DNA of 64,000 nt from Azolla caroliniana. Lineage: Eukaryota > Plantae > Polypodiophyta. The notes beneath the pieces are model-generated. The model did no database searches. It had not been told where the DNA came from and saw only the letters and a list, made by a program, of their open reading frames with translations. The stretch lies in NCBI GenBank assembly GCA_043228905.1, contig JBHGNT010000016.1:434001-498000 (forward strand). The letters run 5' to 3'. The position numbers and the translations under genes are program-made. Position 1 is the first letter of the stretch. Each line of letters begins with the position of its first letter. Shown here in pieces: positions 41,601-55,025 of this stretch.

Positions 41601-44600
41601 CTCATTGCTCAAGTTTGTTACTTTCTTCATGTCTCTCGACCTGAGATTCAAAATCTTGATTTTTCTATTCCATATCAGAGCTAGCGTTGTTAGCTTCGAT
41701 TCGCATGTTTGAACACAAAAATCCGATATCACACGAGCCTGGAATGAACATTTTAATTTACTGACGCGCTCTTGTCAACTCTCTCCTCAAATTTGCTAAT
41801 TTCTTCATGTCTCTCGACCTGAGTTTCAAAATTTTGATTTTTTAATTCCATAACAGAGCTAGCGTTGTTAACTTCGATTCACATGTTTGAACACAAAAAT
41901 CCGATATCACAGGAGCCAGGTATGAACATTTTAATTTACCTACTAGCTCTTGTCAACTCCCTCCTCAAATTTGCTAATTCCTTCCTGTCTCTCTACCTGA
42001 GTTTCAAAATCTTGATTTTTTAATTTCATATTAGAGCTAGCGTTGTTTGCTTCGATTCGTATGTTTGAACACAGAAATCCGATATCACACGAGCCAGGTA
42101 TGAACATTTTAATTTACCTACTAGCGCTTGTCAACTCCCTCCTCAAATTTGTTAATTTCTTCATGTCTCTCGACCTGAGTTTCAAAATCTTGATTTTTGA
42201 ATTCCATATCAGAGCTAGCATCGTTAGCTTCGAGTCGCATGTTTGAACACAGAAATCCGATATCACACGAGCCAGGTATGAACATTTTAATTTACCTACT
42301 AGCTCTTGTCAACTCCCTCGTCAAATCTTCTAATTTCTTCATGTCTCTCGACCTGAGTTTCAAAATCTTGATTTTTTTAATTCTATATCAAAGCTAGCGT
42401 TGTTAGCTTCGATTCACATGTTTGAACACAGAAATCCGATATCACAGGAGCCAGGTATGAACATTTTAATTTACCTACTAGCGCTTGTCAATTCCCTCCT
42501 CAAATTTGCTAATTTCTTCATGTCTCTCGACCTGAGTTTCAAAATCTTGATTTTTTAATTCCATATCAGAGCTAGCGTTGTTAACTTCGATTCGCATGTT
42601 TGAACACAAAAATACGATATCACACGAGCCACGTATGAACATTTTAATTTACCTACTAGCTCTTGTCAACTCCCTCCTCAAATTCGCTAATTCCTTCATG
42701 TCTCTCTACCTGAGTTTCAAAATCTTGATTTTTCAATTCCATATTAGAGCTAGCGTTGTTTGCTTCGATTCGTATGTTTGAACACAAAAATCCGATATCA
42801 TACGGGCCAGGTATGAACATTTTAAACTCATTCCTCAAGTTTGTTACTTTCTTCATGTCTCTCGACCTGAGATTCAAAATCTTGATTTTTCTATTCCATA
42901 TCAGAGCTAGCGTTGTTAGCTTCGATTCGCATGTTTGAACACAAAAATCCGATATCACACGAGCCTGGAATGAACATTTTAATTTACTAACGCGCTCTTG
43001 TCAACTCTCTCCTCAAATTTGCTAATTTCTTCATGTCTCTCGACCTGAGTTTCAAAATTTCGATTTTTTAATTCCATATCAGAGCTAGCGTTGTTAACTT
43101 CGATTCGCATGTTTGAACACAAAAATCCGATATCACAGGAGCCAGGTATGAACATTTTAATTTACCTACTAGCGCTTGTCAACTCCCTCCTCAGATTTGC
43201 TAATTTCTTCATGTCTCTCGACCTGAGTTTCAAAATCTTGATTATTTAATTCCATATCAGAGCTAGCGTTGTTAGCTTCGATTCGCATGTTTGAACACAA
43301 AAATACGATATCACACGGGCCACGTATGAACATTTTAATTTACGTACTAGCTCTTGTCAACTCCCTCCTCAAATTTGCTAATTCCTTCATGTCTCTCTAC
43401 CTGAGTTTCAAAATCTTGATTTTTTAATTTCATATTAGAGCTAGTGTTGTTTGCTTCGATTCGTATGTTTGAACACAGAAATCCGATATCACACGAGCCA
43501 GGTATGAACATTTTAATTTACCTACTAGCGCTTGTCAACTCCCTCCTCAAATTTGTTAATTTCTTCATGTCTCTCGACCTGAGTTTCAAAATCTTGATTT
43601 TTGAATTCCATATTAGAGGTAGCATCGTTAGCTTCGAGTCGCATGTTTGAACACAGAAATCCGATATCACACGAGCCAGGTATGAACATTTTAATTTACC
43701 TACTAGCTCTTGTCAACTCCCTCGTCAAATCTTCTAATTTCTTCATGTCTCTCGACCTGAGTTTCAAAATCTTGATTTTTTAATTCTATATCAGAGCTAG
43801 CGTTGTTAGCTTCGATTCACATGTTTGAACACAGAAATCCGAAATCACACGAGCCAGCTATGAACATTTTAATTTACCTACTAGCGCTTGTCAACTCCCT
43901 CCTCAAATTTGCTAATTTCTTCATGTCTCTCGACCTGAGTTTCAAAATCTTGATTTTCCAATTCCATATCAGAGCTAGCGTTGTTAGCTTCGATTCGCAT
44001 GTTTGAACACAGAAATCCGATATCATACGAGCCAGGTATGAACATTTTAATTTACTTACAAGCTCTTCTAAACTCCCTCCTCAAATTTGCTAATTTCTTC
44101 ATGTCTCTCGACCTGAGTTTCAAAATCTTGATTTTTCAATTCTATAACAGAGCTAGCGTTGTTACCTTTGATTCGTATGTTTGAATACAGAAATCTGATA
44201 TCACACGAGCCAGGTATGAACATTTTAATTAACCTACTAGCTCTTGTCAACTCCCTCCTCAAATTTGTTAATTTCTTCATGTCTCTCGACCTGAGTTTCA
44301 AAATCTTGATTTTTGAATTCCATATCAGAGCTAGTGTTCTTAGCTTCGATTCGCATGTTTGAACATAGAAATCCGATATCACACGAGCCAGGTATGAACA
44401 TTTTAATTTACCTACTAGCGATTGTCAACTCCCACCTCAAATTTGCTAATTTCTTCATGTCTCTCGACCTGAGTTTCAAAATCTTGATTTTTCAATTCCA
44501 TATCAGAGCTAGCGTTGTTAGCTTTCATTCTTATGTTTGAACACAGAAATCCGATATCACACGAGCCAGGTATGAACATTTTAATTTACCTACTAGCTCT

Positions 44601-47600
44601 TGTCAACTCCGTCCTCAAATTTGTTAATTTCTTCATGTCTCTTGACCTGAGTTTCAAAATCTTGATTATTTAATTCCATATCAGAGCAAGCGTTGTTAGC
44701 TTCGATTCGCATGTTTGAACATAGAAATCCGATAGCACACGAGCCAGGTATGAACATTTTAATTTACCTACTTGCTGTTGTCAACTACCTCCTCAAATTT
44801 GTTAATTTCTTCATGTCTCTCGACCTGAGATTCAAAATCTTGATTATTAAATTCCATATTAGAGCTAGCGTTGTTAGCTTCGATTTGCATATTGGAACAC
44901 AGAAATCCGATATCACACGAGCCAGGTATGAACATTTTAATTTACCTACTAGCTCTTGTCAACTCCCTCCTCAAATTTATTAATTTCTTCATGTCTCTCG
45001 ACCTGAGTTTCAAAATCTTGATTATTTAATTCCATATCAGAGCAAGCGTTGTTAGCATCGATTCGCATGATTGAACACAGAAATCCGATATCACACGAGC
45101 CAAGTATAAACATTTTAATTTACTTACTAGCGCTTGTCATCTCCCTCCTCAAATTTGCTAATTTCTTAATTACTCTCGACCTGAGTTTCAAAATCTTTAT
45201 TTTTCAATTCCATATCAGAGCTAGCGTTGTTAGCTTCGATTCGCATGTTTGAACATAGAAATCCGATAGCACACGAGCCAGGTATGAACATTTTAATTTA
45301 CCTACTAGCTCTTGTCAACTACCTCCTCAAATTTGTTAATTTCTTCATGTCTCTCGACCTGAGTTTCAAAATCTTGATTATTAAATTCCATATTAGAGCT
45401 AGCGTTGTTAGCTTCGATTTGCATATTGGAACACAGAAATCCGATATCACACGAACCAGGTATGAACATTTTAATTTACCTACTACCTCTTGTCAACTCC
45501 CTCCTCAAATTTGCTAATTTCTACATGTCTGTCGACCTGAGTTTCAAAATCTTGATTTTTTAATTCCATATCAGAGCTAGCGTTGTTAGCTTTCATTCTT
45601 ATGTTTGAACACAGAAATCTGATATCACACGAGCTAGGTATGAACATTTTGATTTACTAACGCGCTCTTCTCCACTACCTCCTCAAATTTGTTAATTTCT
45701 TCATGTCTCTCGACCTGAGTTTCAAAATCTTGATTTTTTAATTCTATATCATATCAAGCATTGCTAGCTTCGATTCACATGTTTGAACACAAAAATCTGA
45801 TATCACACGAGCCAGGTATGAACATTTTAATTCCCTCCTCAAAATCGCTAATTTCTTAATGTCTCTCGACCTGAGTTTCAAAATCTTGATTTTTTAATTC
45901 CATATCAGAGCTAGCGTTGTTAGCTTCGATTCGCATGTTTGAACACAGAAATCCGATATCATACGAGCCAGGTATGAACATTTTAATTTACTTACAAGCT
46001 CTTCTAAACTCCCTCCTCAAATTTGCTAATTTCTTCATGTCTCTCGACCTGAGTTTCAAAATCTTGATTTTTTAATTCCATATCAGAGCTAGCGTTGTTA
46101 GCTTCGATTCGCATGTTTGAACACAAAAATACGATATCACAGGAGCCAGGTATGAACATTTTAATTTACCTACTAGCGCTTGTCAACTCCCTCCTCAAAT
46201 TTGCTAATTCCTTCATGTCTCTCTACCTGAGTTTCAAAATCTTGATTTTTTAATTGCATATTAGAGCTAGCGTTGTTTGCTTCGATTCGTATTTTTGAAC
46301 ACAGAAATCCGATATCACACGAGCCAGGTATGAACATTTTAATTTACCTACTAGCGCTTGTCAACTCCCTCCTCAAATTTGTTAATTTCTTCATGTCTCT
46401 CGACCTGAGTTTCAAAATCTTGATTTTTGAATTCCATATCAGAGCTAGCATCGTTAGCTTCGAGTCGCATGTTTGAACACAGAAATCCGATGTCACACGA
46501 GCCAGGTATGAACATTTTAATTTACCTACTAGCTCTTGTCAACTCCCTCGTCAAATCTTCTAATTTCTTCATGTCTCTCGACCTGAGTTTCAAAATCCTG
46601 ATTTTTTAATTCTATATCAGAGCTAGCGTTGTTAGCTTCGATTCACATGTTTGAACACAGAAATCCGATATCACACGAGCCAGGTATGAACATTTTAATT
46701 TACCTACTACCTCTTGTCAACTCCCTCCTCAAATTTGCTAATTTCTACATGTCTGTCGACCTGAGTTTCAAAATCTTGATTTTTTAATTCCATATCAGAG
46801 CTAGCGTTGTTAGCTTCGATTGGCATGTTTGAACACAGAAATCTAATATCACACGAGCTAGGTATGAACATTTTGATTTACTAACGCGCTCTTCTCCACT
46901 ACCTCCTCAAATTTGTTAATTTCTTCATGTCTCTCGACCTGAGTTTCAAAATCTTGATTTTTTAATTCTATATCATATCAAGCATTGCTAGCTTCGATTC
47001 ACATGTTTGAACACAAAAATCTGATATCACACGAGCCAGGTATGAACATTTTAATTCCCTCCTCAAAATCGCTAATTTCTTCATGTCTCTCGACCTGAGT
47101 TTCAAAATCTTGATTTTTTAATTCCATATCAGAGCTAGCGTTGTTAGCTTCGATTCGCATGTTTGAACACAAAAATCCGATATCACAGGAGCCAGGTATG
47201 AACATTTTAATTTACCTACTAGCGCTTGTCAACTCCCTCCTCAAATTTGCTAATTTCTTCATGTCTCTCGACCTGAGTTTCAAAATCTTGATTATTTAAT
47301 TCCATATCAGAGCTAGCGTTGTTAGCTTCGATTCGCATGTTTGAACACAAAAATACGATATCACACGAGCCACGTATGAACATTTTAATTTACCTACTAG
47401 CTCTTGTCAACTCCCTCCTCAAATTTGCTAATTCCTTCATGTCTCTCTACCTGAGTTTCAAAATCTTGATTTTTCAATTCCATATCAGAGCTAGCGTTGT
47501 TAGCTTCGATTCGTATGTTTGAACACAGAAATCCGATATCACACGAGCCAGCTATGAACATTTTAATTTACCTACTAGCGCTTGTCAACTCCCTCCTCAA

Positions 47601-50600
47601 ATTTTTTAATTTCTTCATGTCTCTCGACCTGAGTTTCAAAATCTTGATTTTTGAATTCCATATCAGAGCTAGCATCGTTAGCTTCGAGTCGCATGTTTGA
47701 ACACAGAAATCCGATATCACACGAGCCAGGTATGAACATTTTAATTTACCTACTAGCTCTTGTCAACTCCCTCGTCAAATCTTCTAATTTCTTCATGTCT
47801 CTCGACCTGACTTTCAAAATCTTGATTTTTTTAATTCTATATCAGAGCTAGCGTTGTTAGCTTCGATTCACATGTTTGAACACAGAAATCCGATATCACA
47901 CGAGCCAGGTATGAACATTTTAATTTACCTACTAGCGCTTGTCAACTCCCTCCTCAAATTTGCTAATTTCTTCATGTCTCTCGACCTGAGTTCCAAAATC
48001 TTGATTTTTCAATTCCATATCAGAGCTAGCGTTGTTTGCTTCGATTTGCATGTTTGAACACAAAAATCCGATATCATACGGGCCAGGTATGAACATATTA
48101 AACTCATTGCTCAAGTTTGTTACTTTCTTCATGTCTCTCGACCTGAGATTCAAAATCTTGATTTTTCTATTCCATATCAGAGCTAGCGTTGTTAGCTTCG
48201 ATTCGCATGTTTGAACACAAAAATCCGATATCACACGAGCCTGGAATGAACATTTTAATTTACTGACGCGCTCTTGTCAACTCTCTCCTCAAATTTGCTA
48301 ATTTCTTCATGTCTCTCGACCTGAGTTTCAAAATTTTGATTTTTTAATTCCATAACAGAGCTAGCGTTGTTAACTTCGATTCACATGTTTGAACACAAAA
48401 ATCCGATATCACAGGAGCCAGGTATGAACATTTTAATTTACCTACTAGCTCTTGTCAACTCCCTCCTCAAATTTGCTAATTCCTTCCTGTCTCTCTACCT
48501 GAGTTTCAAAATCTTGATTTTTTAATTTCATATTAGAGCTAGCGTTGTTTGCTTCGATTCGTATGTTTGAACACAGAAATCCGATATCACACGAGCCAGG
48601 TATGAAGATTTTAATTTACCTACTAGCGCTTGTCAACTCCCTCCTCAAATTTGCTAATTTCTTCATGTCTCTCGACCTGAGTTTCAAAATCTTGATTTTT
48701 TAATTCCATATCAGAGCTAGCGTTGTTAGCTTCGATTTGCATGTTTGAACAGAAATATCCGATATCATACGGGCCAGATATAAACATTTTAATTTACCTA
48801 CTAGCTCTTGTCAACTCCCTCCTCAAATTTGCTAATTTCTTCATGTCTCTCGACCTGAGTTTAAAAATCTTGATTTTTCAATTCCATATCAGAGCTAGCG
48901 TTGTTAGCTTCAATTCGCATGTTTGAACACAAAAATCCGATATCATAGGGGCCAGGTATGAACATTTTAATTTACCTACTAGCGCTTGTCAACTCCCTCC
49001 TCAAATTTGCTAATTTCTTCATGTCTCTCGACCTGAGTTTCAAAATCTTGATTTTTAAATTCCATATCAGAGCTAGCGTTGTTTGCTTTGATTTGCATGT
49101 TTGAACACAAAAATCCGATATCATACGGGCCAGGTATGAACATTTTAATTTACCTACTAGCGCTTGTCAACTCCCTCCTCAAATTTGCTAATTTCTTCAT
49201 GTCTCTCGACCTGAGTTTCAAAATCTTGATTTTTAAATTCCATATCAGAGCTAGCGTTGTTTGCTTTGATTTGCATGTTTGAACACAAAAATCCGATATC
49301 ATACGGGCCAGATATGAACATTTTAATTTACCTACTAGCTCTTGTCAACTCCCTCCTCAAATTAGCTCATTTCTTCATGTCTCTCGACCTGAGTTTCAAA
49401 ATCTTGATTTTTTAATTCCATATCAGAGCTAGCATTGTTAGCTTCGATTCGTATGTTTGAACTCTTGTCAACTCTTGTCAACTCCCTCCTCGAATTAGCT
49501 AATTTCTTCATGTCTCCCGACCTGAGTTTCAAAATCTTGATTTTTCAATTCCATATCAGAGCTAGCGTTGTTAGCTTTGATTCGCAGGTTTGAATACAAA
49601 AATCCGATATCACACGAGCTAGCGATGAACATTTTAATTCCCTCCTCAAATTTGCTAATTTCTTCATGTCTCCTGACCTGAGTTTCAAAATCTTGATTTT
49701 CCAATTCCATATCAGAGCTACGTTGTTAGCTTCGATTCGCATGTTTGAACACAAAAAACTGATATCATACGGGCCAGATATGAACATTTTAATTTACCTA
49801 CTAGCTCTTGTCAACTCCCTCCTCAAATTAGCTCATTTCTTCATGTCTCTCGACCTGAGTTTAAAAATCTTGATTTTTTAATTCCATATCAGAGCTAGCG
49901 TTGTTAGCTTCGATTCGCATGTTTGAACACAGAAATCCGATATCATACGGGCCAGGTATGAACATTTTAATTTACTTACAAGCTCTTTTAAACTCCCTCC
50001 TCAAATTTGCTAATTTCTTCATGTCTCTCGACCTGAGTCTCAAAATCTTGATTTTTCAATTCTATAACAGAGCTAGCGTTGTTACCTTTGATTCGTATGT
50101 TTGAATACAGAAATCTGATATCACACGAGCCAGGTATGAACATTTTAATTTACCTACTAGCTCTTGTCAACTCCCTCCTCAAATTTGTTAATTTCTTCAT
50201 GTCTGTCGACCTGAGTTTCAAAATCTTGATTTTTGAATTCCATATCAGAGCTAGTGTTGTTAGCTTCGATTCGCATGTTTGAACACAGAAATCCGATATC
50301 ACACGAGCCAGGTATGAACATTTTAATTTACTGACTAGCGCTTGTCAACTCCCACCTCAAATTTGCTAATTTCTTCATGTCTCTCGACCTGAGTTTCAAA
50401 ATCTAGATTTTTCAATTCCATATCAGAGCTAGCGTTGTTAGCTTTGATTCTTATGTTTGAACACAGAAATCCGATATCACACGAGCCAGGTATGTACATT
50501 TTAATTTACCTACTAGCTCTTGTCAACTCCCTCCTCGAATTTGTTAATTTCTTCATGTCTCTGGACCTGAGTTTCAAAATCTTGATTTTTTAATTCCATA

Positions 50601-53321
50601 TCAGAGCAAGCATTGTTAGCTTTGATTCGCATGTTTGAATACAGAAATCCGATATCACACGAGCTAGCTAATTTCTTCATGTCTGTATCATATCAGAGCT
50701 AGCGTTGTTAGCTTTGATTTGTATGTTTGAACACAGAAATTCGATATCACACGAGCCAGGTATGAAGATTTTAATTTACCTACTACTTCTTGTCAACTCC
50801 CTCCTCAAATTTGCTAATTTCTTCATGTCTGTCGACCTGAGTTTCAAAATCTTGATTTTTTAATTCCATATCAGAGCTAGCGTTGTTAGCTTCGATTTGC
50901 ATGTTTGAACAGAAATATCCGATATCATACGGGCCAGATATAAACATTTTAATTTACCTACTAGCTCTTGTCAACTCCCTCCTCAAATTTGCTAATTTCT
51001 TCATGTCTCTCGACCTGAGTTTAAAAATCTTGATTTTTCAATTCCATATCAGAGCTAGCGTTGTTAGCTTCAATTCGCATGTTTGAACACAAAAATCCGA
51101 TATCATAGGGGCCAGATATAAACATTTTAATTTACCTACTAGCTCTTGTCAACTCCCTCCTCAAATTAGCTAATTTCTTCATGTCTCTCGACCTGAGTTT
51201 CAAAATCTAGTTTTTTAATTCCGTATCAGAGCTAACGTTGTTAGCTTCGATTCGCATGTTTGAACACAAAAATCCGATATCATACGGGCCAGGTATGAAC
51301 ATTTTAACTTAGTTACTAGCGCTTGTCAACTCCCTCCTCAAATTTGCTAATTTCTTCATGTCTCTCGACCTGAGTTTCAAAATCTTGATTTTTCAATTTC
51401 ATATCAGAGCTAGCGTTGTTAGCTTCGATTCGCATGTTTGAACACAAAAATCCGATATCATACGGGCCAGGTATGAACATTTTAATTTACTTACAAGCTC
51501 TTCTAAACTCCGTCCTCAAATTTGCTAATTTCTTCATGTCTCTCGACCTGAGTTTCAAAATCTTGATTTTTCAATTCCATATCAGAGCTAGCGTTGTTAG
51601 CTTCGATTTGCATGTTTGAACACAAAAATCTGATATCATACGGGCCAGGTATGAACATTTTAATTTACTTACCAGCTCTTCTAAACTCCCTCCTCAAGTT
51701 TGCTAATTTTGTTCATATCTCTCGACCTGAGTTTCAAAATCTTGATTTTTAAATTCTATATCATATCAAGCATTGCTAGCTTCGATTCGCATGTTTGAAC
51801 ACAAAAATCTGATATCACACGAGCCAGGTATGAACATTTTAATTCCCTCCTCAAAATCGCTAATTTCTTCATGTCTCTCGACCTGAGTTTCAAAATTTTG
51901 ATTTTTTAATTCCATAGAAGAGCTAGCGTTGTTAGCTTCGATTCGCATGTTTGAACACAGAAATCCGATATCACACGAGCCAGGTATGAACATTTTAATT
52001 TACATACTTGCTCTTGTCAACTCCCTCCTCAAATTTGCTAATTTCTTCATGTCTCTCGACCTGAGTTTCAAAATCTTGATTTTTGATTTCCATATCAGAG
52101 CTAGCGTTGTTAGCTTTGATTCGTATGTTTGAACACAGAAATTCGATATCACACGAGCCAGGTATGAACATTTTAATTTACCTAGTACCTCTTGTCAACT
52201 CCCTCCTCAAATTAGCTAATTTCTTCATGTCTGTCGACCTGAGTTTCAAAATCTTGATTTTTTAATTCCATATCAGAGCTAGCGTTGTTAGTTTCGATTC
52301 GCATGTTTGAACACAAAAATCTGATATCAGACGAGCCAGGTATGAACATTTTGATTTACTAACGCGCTCTTCTCCACTACCTCCTCAAATTTGTTAATTT
52401 CTTCATGTCTCTCGACCTTATTTTCAAAATCTTGATTTTTTAATTCCATTTTAGAGCTAGCATTGTTAGCTTCGATTCGCATGTTTGAACACAGAAATCC
52501 GATATCACACGAGCCAGGTATGAACATTTTAATTTACCTACTAGCTCTTGTCAACTCCCTCCTTAAATTTGTTAATTTCTTTATGTCTCTTGACCTGAGT
52601 TTCAAAATCTTGATTATTTAATTCCATATCAGAGCAAGCGTTGTTAGCTTCGATTTGCATGTTTGAACACAAAAATCCGATATCACACGAGCCAGGTATG
52701 AACATTTTAATTTACCTACTAGCTCTTGTTAACTCCCTCCTCCAATTTGCTAATTTCTTCATGTCTCTCGACCTGAGATTCAAAATCTTGATTTTTGAAT
52801 TCCATTTTTGAGCTAGCGTTGTTAGCTTCGATTCGCATGTTTGAACACAGAAATCTGATATCACACGAGCCAGGTTTGAACATTTTAATTTACCTACTAG
52901 CGCTTGTCAACTCCCTCCTCAAATTTGCTAATTTCTTCATGTCTCTCGACCTGAGTTTCAAAATCTAGATTTTTCAATTCCATATTAGAGCTAGCGTTGT
53001 TAGCTTTGATTCTTATGTTTGAACACAGAAATCCGATATCACACGAGCCAGGTATGAACATTTTAATTTACCTACTATCTCTTGTCAACTCCCTCCTCAA
53101 ATTTGTGAATTTCTTCATGTCTCTTGACCTGAATTTCAATATCTTGATTTTTGACTTCCATTTTAGAGCTAGCTTTGTTAGCTTCGATTCGCATGTTTGA
53201 ACACAGAAATCCGATATCACACGAGCCAGGTATGAACATTTTAATTTACCTACTAGCGCTTGTGAACTCCCTCCTCAAATTTGCTAATTTCTTCATGTCT
53301 CTCGACCTGAGTTTCAAAATC
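32647..53321. repeat. 178-bp tandem satellite array, right arm
   Basis: Same monomer and orientation as the left arm. Ends abruptly mid-monomer at ...GAGTTTCAAAATC (53321). Confidence 0.97.
33067..48606. repeat. Higher-order repeat, 37 monomers (6502 bp), about 2.4 near-identical tandem copies
   Basis: Spurious ORFs recur at exactly +6502 (33269/39771/46273 and 34315/40817/47319). 37x178 -22-21-21-22+1+1 = 6502, matching the four shortened and two lengthened monomers in the unit. Confidence 0.95.
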
Positions 53322-54980
53322 ACCAAAAACAAAAAAAGTTTACACTTTGACCCCACATCTAATCCTCACCTTGATGCAATTATTAACATTAACTCTAACC
53401 CTACCCCAAAATCAAACCCTAACCCTCTCCCCATCCCTAAATCTACCCCAAAAAACAATAACTTTAATCCCAACATAACATCTAACCACAAATCCCACCG
53501 TAATCCTTGTAAACAAAATCCTTACCCTACTCCCAACCATACTAAACCCAACCCTAAAACAAAGTCTAATAGGAATCCTAACCCTAACTCTAAACCGAAA
53601 CCTAACCCTAACCATAACCCAAAACCGAACCATAACCCTAACCCGAAACCCAAACCCAATCTCACTAAGAATCTAAACCCTAAACCCCACCCAAAATCTG
53701 TAAAATACACACGCCCTTTCGGCCCTTCACAACAACCGCACCAGCGTCGCCAACAACACCCTCTTCGACCACCGCCGCCGCCACCATTACCACCATCCAA
53801 GCCTCGGCAAAAATTCTACACTTATAACATAACAACACACGAAATTACTCCGCGCCATAATTTAGATTCCAATCAATACGAACCAATAGTTAAATTTATT
53901 GGTTTCAACGAACCCGAACTTCTCCAACGAATGCAACTCCGCCATATACCTTCCGCCCCATTTCAGCCCAAAGCAAACACTATCCATAGCTTCTCCTCTC
54001 CATTTCCTCCTGAAAACAAACAACAAGTATACCTTTACCGGCATCAAAACCGAGGCCAACCTAACAATGGTTTTCAGCCGCTGCCGCCGCCGCCTCCGCA
54101 ACCGCAACACCACGAGCCCTGGAGATATATGACGGAAAGAGAACACCAAATGCACTCATATCAGCATCGACATCAACATATAAATCAACGCCAACCCAAC
54201 AATGATCTTCAGCCGCAACCGCCACCGCCACCGCCGCCACCGCCACCACCATGCGACCAGCCCTGCAAATTACAGCAGCCTCTTCTGCCGACGCCTCGAC
54301 CCCCGCCGTTTTCTCACCCTCTCCAACATCAACCTCCCTCTCGGACAACATACGAGACGGCAATTAATAACATAACCACCACCAATTATCAGCTCCAACC
54401 GCCACTTGAGGAGGACACACCACTCCACCATTCGCGAGATACCTATCATCAGATTCACCACCAGCCCCAACACACCCCATTCAGTTTCATCGCTCCCCCC
54501 TTGTATCCCTCCCCCGAAGACCTTCAACCCCAAAACAATACTCATCCTTACCCTCCTACCCATACCCACTGTGTAAATCCTAACGCTCACCCTACCCCTA
54601 ACTCTCCTTCTCTTTCGTTTTCTTTTTATACTCCTCCTAATAATTCTAGAAATACCTTTCCTACCCCCCCCTCTCACAACTATTCACACACACTAAGCCC
54701 CCCTTGGTTTAAAGAAACTACCCACAATCACAACATAAACCCTCCCCTATTTTCCCAAATACCCTTAGCCTTCCCCAACCCCTCATACACCTCTCTTAAC
54801 CCCTACATCCCTAACCACTACACCCAATCAACCCATACCCAACATCCTCCTTACACCACCTCTACCAAACCATCCACAAGTTGTATCCACCCCTCAACTA
54901 GTCACCCTAAATCCCCTATGTATTCTTCTCACATCACACTTCCCACCACTCAGAACCTCCACCGGCCAAAAAACGTTTAG
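53322..54980 (+). CDS. PLE ORF1, Pro/His/Gln/Asn-rich low-complexity protein, 5'-truncated
   Basis: About 550 stop-free codons with NP/KP dipeptide repeats, poly-Pro tracts and an internal repeat (QPNNGFQP / QPNNDLQP). The first ~57 aa in the ORF track are chance read-in from the satellite. No recognisable domain. Confidence 0.6.
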   Translation, partial: TKNKKSLHFDPTSNPHLDAIININSNPTPKSNPNPLPIPKSTPKNNNFNPNITSNHKSHRNPCKQNPYPTPNHTKPNPKTKSNRNPNPNSKPKPNPNHNPKPNHNPNPKPKPNLTKNLNPKPHPKSVKYTRPFGPSQQPHQRRQQHPLRPPPPPPLPPSKPRQKFYTYNITTHEITPRHNLDSNQYEPIVKFIGFNEPELLQRMQLRHIPSAPFQPKANTIHSFSSPFPPENKQQVYLYRHQNRGQPNNGFQPLPPPPPQPQHHEPWRYMTEREHQMHSYQHRHQHINQRQPNNDLQPQPPPPPPPPPPPCDQPCKLQQPLLPTPRPPPFSHPLQHQPPSRTTYETAINNITTTNYQLQPPLEEDTPLHHSRDTYHQIHHQPQHTPFSFIAPPLYPSPEDLQPQNNTHPYPPTHTHCVNPNAHPTPNSPSLSFSFYTPPNNSRNTFPTPPSHNYSHTLSPPWFKETTHNHNINPPLFSQIPLAFPNPSYTSLNPYIPNHYTQSTHTQHPPYTTSTKPSTSCIHPSTSHPKSPMYSSHITLPTTQNLHRPKNV

Positions 54981-55025
54981 TACGGCGTGCTAAAAGATCA
55001 AACCGACGTTTTAGACACGCCGTAC
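54968..55025 (+). promoter_or_regulatory. Candidate -1 programmed ribosomal frameshift signal
   Basis: A AAA AAC (54968-54974) in the correct phase of ORF1, a 5-nt spacer, then stem GTACGGCGTG (54980-54989) / CACGCCGTAC (55016-55025), extended by CTAAAA / TTTTAG. Confidence 0.7.

Noticed and set aside
346-53200. Dozens of 60-104 aa ORFs of the MLASIRMFEHKNPISHEP type and their antisense partners
   Set aside because: They are translations of the 178-bp satellite. 178 is not a multiple of 3, starts are mostly TTG, and stops come and go with random SNPs.
1-53321. Satellite as a CRISPR array or as Arabidopsis CEN178
   Set aside because: There are no unique spacers or cas genes. The length matches CEN178 but I do not recognise sequence similarity to it.
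53151-53321. Satellite-encoded N-terminus of the 609-aa ORF as a real chimeric or extensin-like gene
   Set aside because: It is chance in-frame read-in from a TTG in the satellite. There are no SPPPP extensin repeats or credible signal peptide, and the ORF is tied to the PLE RT.
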